A stretch of DNA of 64,000 bases from Candidatus Latescibacterota bacterium. GTDB taxonomy: Bacteria > Latescibacterota > UBA2968 > GCA-2709665. Below, piece after piece: positions 29,618 to 38,632 of the stretch (its first letter is position 1; every line of letters begins with the position of its first letter). The stretch spans positions 192,001 through 256,000 of the forward strand of contig OZ220733.1 of assembly GCA_965116875.1 (NCBI GenBank), in the 5' to 3' direction. The notes below the pieces were generated by a model that saw nothing but the letters and a program-made list of their open reading frames with translations, did no database searches and had not been told where the DNA came from. Position numbers and translations under genes: made by a program.

Positions 29618-30256
29618 TTATTCAAAAGAAATTCCGACGCGAGCGGGGAAGAGCTGTGTGCTACCCCGCTCTCCCGAGGTAAATCCGACTTCGAACCGTC
29701 CTTCAACAAAGAGATGTACCCGGTCCGTCATCCGGATGTCGATCCCCGCGCCCGCGTTAATTGCAAATCCTGTCCCTGATTGCCCGGGCACCTCTATCTC
29801 CACGCCGCCAATCTCGGTACCCTGGATATCCACTTCCGAATACGACAGGATCCCGATCCCGCCAACCGCATACGGTACCGCCCGTACATCCACGTCGTCC
29901 GAATCGATCGCCTTCGTATATTTCATACTGGCGAATGCGCTGAAGAGGTGTTTTTCTCCACCTGACGTGGCGATCAACACTTCGAGCGCTTCGTTTTCCG
30001 CCTTGAATTTGCCTTCATCCAGTGCGAAACGGGCGTAACCGAACCTGCCCTGGACGGCCACGCTGGGGTGAATGAAATACTCGACGCCGGCGCCTGCACC
30101 GATACCCGGAAACCAGAATTCCGATACGGAAATGGATGCTGGCGCGGCGATTCCCGCCGTAACAAAATAGATCGGCTTCTGTTGCGCTTCCGCGTCGCCG
30201 CCCCCTCCGCCGGCCAGCAACTGTGCTGCAAGAAAAATCGACAACAATCGCGTCAT
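29618..30256 (-). CDS. Small outer-membrane beta-barrel protein (OmpA/OmpW-like)
   Basis: Signal peptide (AEA), PYAVGGIG, NAGAGID, LFVEGRF, terminal GISFE. Confidence 0.82.
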   Translation of the reverse strand: MTRLLSIFLAAQLLAGGGGGDAEAQQKPIYFVTAGIAAPASISVSEFWFPGIGAGAGVEYFIHPSVAVQGRFGYARFALDEGKFKAENEALEVLIATSGGEKHLFSAFASMKYTKAIDSDDVDVRAVPYAVGGIGILSYSEVDIQGTEIGGVEIEVPGQSGTGFAINAGAGIDIRMTDRVHLFVEGRFEVGFTSGERGSTQLFPARVGISFE

Positions 30257-30295
30257 ATTATTTCTCCTTTTTCGATATGACTGCGGCGGAAAGGC

Positions 30296-30320
30296 GGGCA
30301 CCCACAAGGGGCGCCCCTAC
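30296..30320 (-). repeat. GTAG-type REP
   Basis: Reverse complement GTAGGGGCGCCCCTTGTGGGTGCCC. Confidence 0.75.
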
Positions 30321-30580
30321 AACGGTCGAGGGAATGATCGCAAGGTAAAGGCGCTCGATAAGCCAACGCAAATGCAAACGCGGATCTGCTTTTACGGGAT
30401 TTCCGATAAGCTGCGGACGAAGCGCCTCTGTTGCTTTTCGCGTTGCGCAAGATCTACGTGAGCAGACAGGAATGTCCGCTGCACCCTCGAATCATCGTTC
30501 GCCCCGTTCAATTCCCACACAGTCACAGGCCCGGAGAAAATCACATAAAGGGCCATCAGATCCTTCTCACGTCTAACGTC

Positions 30581-31933
30581 TTACCTCTTGCCGCCTTGCC
30601 CCAGCCTGCGCCATCCCTGAAGTATTGACGGGATCATCTGTTCGGGTTGTCCGGCCTTACGGAAGACGGCCCACATGACGTCCCAGACCTGCGGATTCCA
30701 CTGGCACAGATCGATCCAGTCCGCGCACGGCGTACTATCCCCTTCCTTTGAATCCACGCGCCCGCCAATCACGGGATTATCCACCGACCCGTTCCACATC
30801 TGTTCCAACAGGGTATGCCCGAACCGCTTCATATCGGCGTTGTTGAATACGACGCCACTCCGGCACGCATCGACTGCAAATCCGACGTCGATTCGCCCGT
30901 GGCTGGTATCTTCAATGGCGCTGTGCCCGTGTACGCCGCCTTCGTTCCAGTCCCAGTAGTACCAGGTATACGCCCGGCCTGTTTTCCACAGGTGCCGCTT
31001 GTAATTTTTCGCCATCCGCTGCGCCCGGTCCGCGAACAGGCGTTTCCGCGATACGCTCTGCAAACACAGGTACGCCCGACCCAGCGCGAGATACTGATTG
31101 TGCGGCATAATCCGGTTCGGAAACCGTTCCGTCATCCACGGAGAAAACCGGTATCCGCCTGAGGAAGGGGACGCGTCCACCCAGTCACGTTCGTGCTTGT
31201 CCGCGATCTGCTTTCCGATAAAGCGAAGATACGTCCGGGCGCTGGTTCCAAATCCGGCCTTGAGCCGGTCATTCTTCAGGACGTGCTCGACAAACCTGCT
31301 CACGGGATGCAGGAACATCCCCTGGTGGACGATATATTCCAGCGGCTCACCCGCGAAAACCTGCACCCAGAACCGGTCACCGGCGCGCACAGCGCCATCG
31401 ATGCGTATCTTGAACGGAGCAAAACCGTTCAGCGCGGCGCCTGACCGAAATCGGCCGCCGGCCAACTCCTTCCGTGTACCATACTCCTGGACGACGTACC
31501 GGCGTCCGGGGAGGACCTCCACGACTCGAATGCAATTCTTCGCCATGTCGCCGCCTCGGATCACCCACACCCGATCCTCTCCAGGTGTAATCCGGGCCGT
31601 TCCCCGGTTGTGCATCGATCCCGTTCTCACCAGCGCCACCGAATAGGTCGGTGTAACCCAGGTCGGATGACCGTCGGCAAAGTGGTCCCGGCTTGTTCCG
31701 ATCATCCTGTCGAAATGGTTTACGATCTTCTCCAGCCACTCCTCGTCTCCGGTTGATTCGTACAATTTCACGTACGCATCCAGGAAACCGCTTTCGCCCC
31801 ATCCCAGGCTCCCGGAGTCCGGTACGTCGGCCTGTCCCCGGCCCCGATTATGCGACCGGTCATAGCCGGCGAACCTCTCGACCATTTCCTCGAGATCAAA
31901 TGGCGCTTCGCGCGTGTTCACGGATGCCTCCAC
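30581..31933 (-). CDS. Hypothetical protein, probable (alpha/alpha)-toroid enzyme
   Basis: W.ES.FL.AY..LYE.TGD..WL helix-hairpin, YTWYYW, EDTSH; start may be GTG 31921. Confidence 0.65.
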   Translation of the reverse strand: MEASVNTREAPFDLEEMVERFAGYDRSHNRGRGQADVPDSGSLGWGESGFLDAYVKLYESTGDEEWLEKIVNHFDRMIGTSRDHFADGHPTWVTPTYSVALVRTGSMHNRGTARITPGEDRVWVIRGGDMAKNCIRVVEVLPGRRYVVQEYGTRKELAGGRFRSGAALNGFAPFKIRIDGAVRAGDRFWVQVFAGEPLEYIVHQGMFLHPVSRFVEHVLKNDRLKAGFGTSARTYLRFIGKQIADKHERDWVDASPSSGGYRFSPWMTERFPNRIMPHNQYLALGRAYLCLQSVSRKRLFADRAQRMAKNYKRHLWKTGRAYTWYYWDWNEGGVHGHSAIEDTSHGRIDVGFAVDACRSGVVFNNADMKRFGHTLLEQMWNGSVDNPVIGGRVDSKEGDSTPCADWIDLCQWNPQVWDVMWAVFRKAGQPEQMIPSILQGWRRLGQGGKR

Positions 31934-31940
31934 TATGTAC

Positions 31941-32036
31941 GGGCGCCCACAAGGGACGCCCCTACACGGTAAGGGGCGAATAATTCGCTATATAGCAGGA
32001 TAATTGAAATCGGAGGGGCGTCCCTTGTGGGCGCCC
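31941..32036. repeat. Inverted pair of GTAG-type REPs
   Basis: GGGCGCCCACAAGGGACGCCCCTAC (31941-31965) and GGAGGGGCGTCCCTTGTGGGCGCCC (32012-32036). Confidence 0.78.
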
Positions 32037-32130
32037 CTGGACTATTCTGACCACTTGCCACCGGCCACTGCTTTTCGCCTTTGATCTTCTCTCTCTCCTC
32101 ACTCCTCTTTTCTCACTCCTCGCCTGCTGC

Positions 32131-35100
32131 TCACTGAACGTAGAATCCGGTCTCTCTGTTGGATGTCAGCCCGCTGTTCAGATCGGTTACGTCGATTTCC
32201 AGAATATACTGTCCGGGTTTTGTGGACTTCAGATCCAGCTCCATGTACACCTCTTCCGATTCCGAATTGCCGATCTGCTCGTATCCAACTGCAAGTTCCT
32301 GCTTCTTGCCGGTGAGCACACGTACCAATTGCGAGACGACCCCTCTGGCCTTCCGCCCCTGGACGCCCTTGGGTCGAATGGTATACCCCACCTTGTACCG
32401 GGTCTGCCCGAATTCGTCTCTCCTCAGGTGGTAGATCTCATAGTAGACGAATACGCCCTGGTTCCTGCCGAACGTACGCGTAGGAATCGGTATTACGTGG
32501 AGACCGCCCTTCCTGAATTTCCCCGCTTCGTCGGACTCCGCTACCGAATACGCCAACTGCAACTCACTCAACTGCAGGAATTCCCTGTCGTAGTTGTCGA
32601 TGACCACTTCCTGGCGGTACCTGCCCTGCCTTCCGGACAACCTGTCCCTGACCTGCACCTCCATCCTGTACGTGCCTGGGGGGACGTACAGACCCACCAG
32701 GTCGGGGACAAAGCCGCCGCGCATGCCTGTCAGGTCGCCGCCTCCGCGGAATACCAGGTTGCCCTGTCTGCGATAGACCGCGCCGGTACGGGGGTTGTTC
32801 AATGCCACGGAACGTTCCAGAAACATCTCGGTTTCGTCGTCGTCCCGCGAGTACTTGCCCAGTGTGTAAGGCGCGCCGAAATACACCTCCAGAACGGACC
32901 CGGCCCCCGGGTCGTCCTCCCTGAAGTTGGCCAGATCGTAATAGAACTCCAGCGGCAATTTGTTCTCGGGCGGCTTGTAGTAGTCCGGCGTCACGAGGGA
33001 CGCCTGTTTGGCCACGGACCGTGGATTGAACTGGTTGAACCGCGCCAACTGCTGCATGGGTATGCGCACGTCCATCGGCGGAGGGGCGTAATCGAACTCG
33101 CCGCGCATGTGCTCGTCGGTAAAGGTAATTTCAATTCCGCCATTCACGTCTGTATAGACCCAGACTTCCCACGGAACCATCGAGGCGTCGTCCTGGGAGG
33201 TTACGGCCTTGAATGCAAAATCGTTTCGGGTGTCACCCACCGCCAGGGCGCCCTCATTCATCTGGACATTCTCGAACCGAAGCAATTCCAGGGAAGCATC
33301 CGAAACCTCGTTGTCCGCGGTAATGCCCGATTCGAATGTGATGCCCGTCCGCTGGTTCTGGCCGCCGGAAACCACCCGCGCGGCCTCGGTGTTACGGTCG
33401 GCGATGCTGAGATCCGCGACCTGCCGGTCGGCGGCGAACCCGTCGCCCAGGTTGGCGCCACCGCTGAGATTGGCTTTCAGGCTGCGAACCGCGTACACGG
33501 GCCCGCCCATGAAGGTCATCTGCAGGGCAGCCTGTCCGTACATTTGCCGGGCAATGCGTTCCCGGACCCGCTGCACCTTCAGGCTCTGGTTGTAATTCTT
33601 CATGTCGGAAGTTGACCGGTAATCGGGTTCCCCGAACCGGATGTACACCTCGCCCCGCCGGTCCCACGGCTGCTTGCCGTTCGAATAGGCGCCGAGCGCG
33701 TACCACACCCGCCGGTAGTGTTCCAGCAGACGCTCGTTAATGGTCGTGGTCAGGTCCGGATCGTGCGCCGACCAGAACCGCTTGACCAGTTCGACGCGGT
33801 CCGAACCGTGGGCCTGTTCATAGGCCTCGCGTTCCTCACCGGACATCAGCAGGACCGGATCGCGGTACAGCGCCTGCTCGTGGGGTGTGGCCGCCTGCAG
33901 GTACTCTCTGAAATACCGGTCCGCCCACTCCAATCGTCCCAGCTGTACGCACGCCTGGGCCAGCACGGCCATTACGCCGGTTTCATCCGGATTTTCGTGG
34001 ACGTAATCTGTAAGAAGATTCACGATCCGTTCATAGTTCCGGGACCGCAGATATACCGCGGCCAGGCGCTTCCGTCCCTCCGGATCCTCCGGTTTCAGCG
34101 TCATGTATCGCGCGTAGAGAAGCGCCGCCCGTTCGAAGTCCTCCTCGTGGACCTCGTACCATTCTCCAAGCAGCAGGTAGGCCGGCGCATATGTTGGATC
34201 TATATCGATGACTTTCTCAATGTCGTATTTCGCGTCGTGCTCCCTCAGGCTGCGGCGAAGCCGGGCGATGTTGAAGCGCGCCTCCAGGTAGTCACGGTTG
34301 TACTGCAGCGCCTTTGTATAGAATCGGATCGCGTCGTACCGGGCCTTCGGACGCTTTTCGTAAACCAGACCCAGCCCGTTATACGCTTCGGACAGCCTGT
34401 GATCCAGCCGAACCGCGCGCTCGAACGAACGCAGTGCTGCATCGGGATTCCTGGACTTCAAATAGGCGTATCCCAGCCGGGAATGCCCGCGCGCTGATCC
34501 GGGCGCCATCAGCGTGACCACCTGCAGCACCGGCACGGACGCCGCCGGCGCCGTTTCCAGCACCCGGCTGCCCACGTCCAGCAACGAATCGACCTGTACT
34601 TTTCCGGCGGCCCTGTCCACCACGTCGAAACCGTCCCCGTGGCGGACAAGCTCCAACAGCCGCCCACGGTGATAGGGACTGATCACCATTGCCTCGCCGT
34701 CTGCGGCGCCAGATCGATAGAAATAGCTGACGGTGCGTTGCTCCCGATCTTCAGGAGACCGGAACACCTGTTTGAGGATCCGTTCCTCCGCTTCGTCCAA
34801 TCCGCCAGCGCGAGCAGATGCCATCAAGACCTGCAGGTTGACAGGCGAATTGCCGTTATGAAGTCGCCGGTACTCCCGGATCATCTCACCGATCGCGGAG
34901 AGATTCTCCCTGCCCACCCACCGGGCGCCTTCGGACGCCGCCATCCGAGATCTACCGGCCAACATTTTCGCGTAAGCCATTGCCGGCTTCGAATAAAGCA
35001 GGTGTTCCCTCCCAAGTGCCTCGAATTGCTGGGCCGCATCCCGATAGAGACGTTGTGCCTGGCGAAAATCCCACCGATGCAGGGCCGCGTAGGCCATTTT

Positions 35101-35658
35101 CACGGTCATCATCGCCTTCTCAACGCCCGAGAGAGAGCCGTTGGGCCCATTGCGCGGATCCCCGTTCCGTGCGGATTCCCAAACAACGTCGAGGTATCCG
35201 AACTCGACTTCCCCCGGACGCCGGACCACCGTGCCGTTGACCATCACCTCCCAGACCTGGCTGTCCACCATCGGCACCGCCGCCTGACCCAGCCCGGAGA
35301 GACGATAGTCCCGCAACGGGCGGTCCTTGTAGAACAGCCGCCTCCCGTCCGCGGTCCAGCCCAATTGTCCCGGCGGGCCCGGAAAGGCGCCCAGTTTGTG
35401 CTGGTTTCCTGCCGTATCCGCGGACCAGATCTCGGTCAGAGCCGCCTGCCCGTTTTCGTAGGAAGCTGTCCAGATCCGCCGGTTATCGGACTCTGCCTGG
35501 CCCGGCATCGCGACTCCCGCCAGGAACCACCAGGCAGTGAATACACGCAATGCAATTGGACCGAAGTCTGTTTTTCCTGGGCCCCGCACGACCGGCTCCT
35601 CCCCGAATTTTCGGGGTCTGGTGTGACGCGAGGAATAACCAATTTTAATGGCCATCAT
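32131..35658 (-). CDS. Exported TPR + GWxTD-domain protein (paralog 1)
   Basis: Signal-like segment, TPR array, FW..HDPD.TT.INE...EHYRRV.YA, PWDRRGEVYIRFGEPD, WEVWVY, two C-terminal Ig-like blocks; start may be GTG 35589. Confidence 0.85.
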   Translation of the reverse strand: MMAIKIGYSSRHTRPRKFGEEPVVRGPGKTDFGPIALRVFTAWWFLAGVAMPGQAESDNRRIWTASYENGQAALTEIWSADTAGNQHKLGAFPGPPGQLGWTADGRRLFYKDRPLRDYRLSGLGQAAVPMVDSQVWEVMVNGTVVRRPGEVEFGYLDVVWESARNGDPRNGPNGSLSGVEKAMMTVKMAYAALHRWDFRQAQRLYRDAAQQFEALGREHLLYSKPAMAYAKMLAGRSRMAASEGARWVGRENLSAIGEMIREYRRLHNGNSPVNLQVLMASARAGGLDEAEERILKQVFRSPEDREQRTVSYFYRSGAADGEAMVISPYHRGRLLELVRHGDGFDVVDRAAGKVQVDSLLDVGSRVLETAPAASVPVLQVVTLMAPGSARGHSRLGYAYLKSRNPDAALRSFERAVRLDHRLSEAYNGLGLVYEKRPKARYDAIRFYTKALQYNRDYLEARFNIARLRRSLREHDAKYDIEKVIDIDPTYAPAYLLLGEWYEVHEEDFERAALLYARYMTLKPEDPEGRKRLAAVYLRSRNYERIVNLLTDYVHENPDETGVMAVLAQACVQLGRLEWADRYFREYLQAATPHEQALYRDPVLLMSGEEREAYEQAHGSDRVELVKRFWSAHDPDLTTTINERLLEHYRRVWYALGAYSNGKQPWDRRGEVYIRFGEPDYRSTSDMKNYNQSLKVQRVRERIARQMYGQAALQMTFMGGPVYAVRSLKANLSGGANLGDGFAADRQVADLSIADRNTEAARVVSGGQNQRTGITFESGITADNEVSDASLELLRFENVQMNEGALAVGDTRNDFAFKAVTSQDDASMVPWEVWVYTDVNGGIEITFTDEHMRGEFDYAPPPMDVRIPMQQLARFNQFNPRSVAKQASLVTPDYYKPPENKLPLEFYYDLANFREDDPGAGSVLEVYFGAPYTLGKYSRDDDETEMFLERSVALNNPRTGAVYRRQGNLVFRGGGDLTGMRGGFVPDLVGLYVPPGTYRMEVQVRDRLSGRQGRYRQEVVIDNYDREFLQLSELQLAYSVAESDEAGKFRKGGLHVIPIPTRTFGRNQGVFVYYEIYHLRRDEFGQTRYKVGYTIRPKGVQGRKARGVVSQLVRVLTGKKQELAVGYEQIGNSESEEVYMELDLKSTKPGQYILEIDVTDLNSGLTSNRETGFYVQ

Positions 35659-35912
35659 ATTACAATAAGAAATATGGAGGCAAATTCAAAACTGATTTTA
35701 GGCCTGTTGTGAAAACCGGACTCGACTCTGACTTGGTCAATGCGTCTGAATTTGATGTTTTACAACAGGCTGAATTACGTTTCCTGGACCGACGACAAGC
35801 GATCATTCTCCCGACCAATCCTTCCACTTCAATGTGTTCATTCATAGCCAGTGGTGTGCTTGTCAGCGCGAACTTGCCGAAACGTGGTCATTGAGCATGC
35901 CTGCATTGAGCT

Positions 35913-36268
35913 CGGTCCCTGAGCCTGTCGAAGGGTGTCGAAATGTCGAAATGCCCGCGTTTCGCTACCCATTGACTCATCCACAAACTCAGGAATCGAA
36001 AGCTCAGGATCCACCGTTTAGCCTTAATTCCGCAAAAGCCGCAACGCGGCACCGCGACGAAACCTTTCGAAACGGGCCGAAATGGTCGTCATGAAGGACA
36101 TTTTTTCCGTTCACGTACAGTGTCCTGGTGTATCCTGGTAATCAGCAGTTAAATCGCCTTTTTAACTGACACATATTCGAATTAACGTCCTCGAAAAATG
36201 AGGAATCAAGGTTAGCTTCTTTAGTACCCTTCGCCGACCCTTCGACCCTTCGACAGGCTCAGGGACCG
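35913..36268. repeat. Perfect 24-bp inverted repeat pair (CTTCGACAGGCTCAG-type) with degenerate copies nearby
   Basis: CGGTCCCTGAGCCTGTCGAAGGGT 35913-35936 and its exact reverse complement 36245-36268. Confidence 0.8.
36022..36211. mobile_element. 190-bp MITE of the IS1380 family
   Basis: Left end CCTTAATTCCGCAAAA identical to IS1380 end at 50801-50816; right end reverse complement CCTTGATTCCTCA; TTAG duplication at 36018-36021 and 36212-36215. Confidence 0.82.
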
Positions 36269-36404
36269 CAAGCTCAGGGAGCGGCTCAGGTTGCACGCCA
36301 CGGCACCTAAGCCTGCCGAAGGATGCGATCCACGCGAATCATTGACCGGACCTCAAAGATGTATTTCGGGGTCATAACGCGACATTCCGGTCTCGTCCGC
36401 GAAC

Positions 36405-38372
36405 CTACTGGCGCGCCAACAACCGAATTCGGCGACGGGCTTCGGATAGCGCCTTTGGATCGCCCCGCCATTGCTTCAGAAACGCGCGGTAGGCCGCGAT
36501 CGCATCCTCCGACTGTCTCAGGTCCTCAAGCACCGTACCCAGGTTGAAAAACGCCTTTACGTCGCCCAGCGCCGCGGACCTGCGATAGGCCGCCGCGGCC
36601 TCCTCCGGCTTGCCCGTCTTCTCAAGGGCCACACCGAGGTTGAAGTGAGCCTCGCTATCCTTCGGCAGCAGGACAGCCGCCTGCCTGAATCCTTCGGCGG
36701 CTATCGCCGGTTTGCCGGCGCGCATGGCCGTCACGCCCAGATTCATCCATGCCTCTGCATATTGCGGGTCCAGACCCACGGCCTTCCGATACGCCGCGAC
36801 CGCCGGTCCAAAGGAACCTTTCACGCCGTACGCGTTGCCCAGGTTGTTATAGGTCATGGCCTCTTCCCGGATGGACAGCGCCCGTCGAAAGGCCAGAATT
36901 GCCTGATCCATCAGTCCCCGCTCGGCATGCACCTGACCCACTGCCTGGTGCATCTTGGCGCTCTCCGGGTATGCGCTGGCTGCACTCGAAAACAGGCTGA
37001 GTTCGTCTCTCCAATCTTCGTTTCGCGCCACCGTACGCGCGGCATACCCGATGCATACGAGACCCGCCGCGACAACGACGCCGAACCCGAACCTCCGGTA
37101 CAGCCACTCTGTTCCGATCCCGGCCATCGCGAATACACCGAGCACGGGGATATACAGGAACCGTTCCTGGACCATCGAGTTCAGCAGCACAAGGATCTGC
37201 GACACCCCCAAATAGGGAACCCAGAAAAGCGCTCCACAGAAAAACAGATTCGGCCACCTTTCCAGCGACCGCACCCACAACCACAGTCCCGAAAGCCCCA
37301 ACGCCAGTCCCGCAAACACGTCGGGCGCCAAAAGTGAATGGGCAACCGGAATCGCATTGTACGAGTAGTCCACGGAAAGCCGCCACGGCAAAATGAGAAG
37401 CATTGCATAGTGCCAGAAGATCCTCCCGGCGGTCAGAATGCGTGCCTCAACCGGTGCGCCATAGAGCGGATTCACCAGTTCCGTCATCCCGCCGGGTGTA
37501 AAGCCGACCCCCGCCGCGGTGTTGCGCACAACCAGACAGATCGCGAAACCGCCCGCGAAGCCCAGCCACCGTGGCCATCTTGTCCGGCAGACGTACAGAA
37601 TGCTACTGAAAACCCCCTCCCCCCGCGGTTCTCCCCCCGATCGGGCCGGATCCGACGTAGACGGACCTCTCCTTGGACCATTCTCGTCCGATGAATTCCC
37701 GTCCCTTGCGCGCCCCATCCCAACCGCAAGGTCATATACGACAACCAGGCCCAACAGCGCGAGTGCGCTCTCCTTGCTGAGCAATCCAAAGAAGAAAGCG
37801 ACGAGGGAGAGGAGATAGTCCCACCGTGAACCGGATCGACGCATGTAAAACAACAGGCCCGTCAGCAAAAAAGCGCCGGCGAGCAGGTCGGACCGGCCGA
37901 ACGTCACGCCCGCGGCCACTTCCGAGTGGATCGGATGTACGGCAAACAGCAGGCCTGCGAGCCCCGCCGCAAAACGGCTCAGGCCCACGCGCCTGCACAC
38001 CATCCACGCCAGCAGGCTGCAACACACGTGAAGAAGCAGGTTGGTCAGATGAAACCGAAACGGGCTAATGCCTCCAAGGGCGTCCAGCAGAAACGTCAGC
38101 ACCGTCAGGGGACGGTATTGCCCGGTTTCGTTTCCTGGATAACCCGCCCAGTAGTGGGTGGTGAATACGCTCCCGAAATCCATCCGCTCCACGATCCAGC
38201 TTCGCACAATGAGAAACTGGTCGTCGTAAACCAGCCCGTTGTCCAGGGCGTTGGCATAAACCGCAAACGCCGCGACGCCCACCAGAACGGGCCACGCCCA
38301 CGTGTACTTTCCATCCGCGCCGGCGGCCCTAAACGTAGGCGCCTTGTGTTTACGGGAATTGCGTTTCGCCAT
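36405..38372 (-). CDS. TMTC-like (DUF1736) GT-C protein O-mannosyltransferase homolog with TPRs
   Basis: YDD, YW.G....YRPLT, HPIHSE..AG..GRSDLL, SKE, P.RLS.DYS, ERFLY.P, RN.DW, C-terminal TPRs. Confidence 0.88.
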   Translation of the reverse strand: MAKRNSRKHKAPTFRAAGADGKYTWAWPVLVGVAAFAVYANALDNGLVYDDQFLIVRSWIVERMDFGSVFTTHYWAGYPGNETGQYRPLTVLTFLLDALGGISPFRFHLTNLLLHVCCSLLAWMVCRRVGLSRFAAGLAGLLFAVHPIHSEVAAGVTFGRSDLLAGAFLLTGLLFYMRRSGSRWDYLLSLVAFFFGLLSKESALALLGLVVVYDLAVGMGRARDGNSSDENGPRRGPSTSDPARSGGEPRGEGVFSSILYVCRTRWPRWLGFAGGFAICLVVRNTAAGVGFTPGGMTELVNPLYGAPVEARILTAGRIFWHYAMLLILPWRLSVDYSYNAIPVAHSLLAPDVFAGLALGLSGLWLWVRSLERWPNLFFCGALFWVPYLGVSQILVLLNSMVQERFLYIPVLGVFAMAGIGTEWLYRRFGFGVVVAAGLVCIGYAARTVARNEDWRDELSLFSSAASAYPESAKMHQAVGQVHAERGLMDQAILAFRRALSIREEAMTYNNLGNAYGVKGSFGPAVAAYRKAVGLDPQYAEAWMNLGVTAMRAGKPAIAAEGFRQAAVLLPKDSEAHFNLGVALEKTGKPEEAAAAYRRSAALGDVKAFFNLGTVLEDLRQSEDAIAAYRAFLKQWRGDPKALSEARRRIRLLARQ

Positions 38373-38514
38373 GTGTTCTTTCAATTCACCCGGGCGCCCC
38401 TACAACGTCAGGACCCGTTATCGGGAGTCAACGAGAATCGATGAGTTTGCACAGATCAGGCGTCATGCGAAATAGGGTCGTTGGGCTGGTACCTTCATAG
38501 CATCGAGCAAAATG

Positions 38515-38562
38515 AAAAAAGAACGGGCGGCGTCCGGGCTCAGAGTCCCGGTCGCCGCCCGT
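38515..38562 (-). terminator. Intrinsic terminator of the TonB receptor-PorV operon
   Basis: ACGGGCGGCG/CGCCGCCCGT stem followed by TCTTTTTT on the minus strand. Confidence 0.75.
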
Positions 38563-38632
38563 CGGTTCATACGCCGACAAAGCGCCGGATTACGTCAGAT
38601 TCGATGGTCTCCAACGCCTTGAAAAGCCAACG

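Noticed and set aside
32085-32125. Pyrimidine-rich TCACTCCTC repeats after GWxTD paralog 1
   Set aside because: Only two short copies in low-complexity sequence; no function supportable
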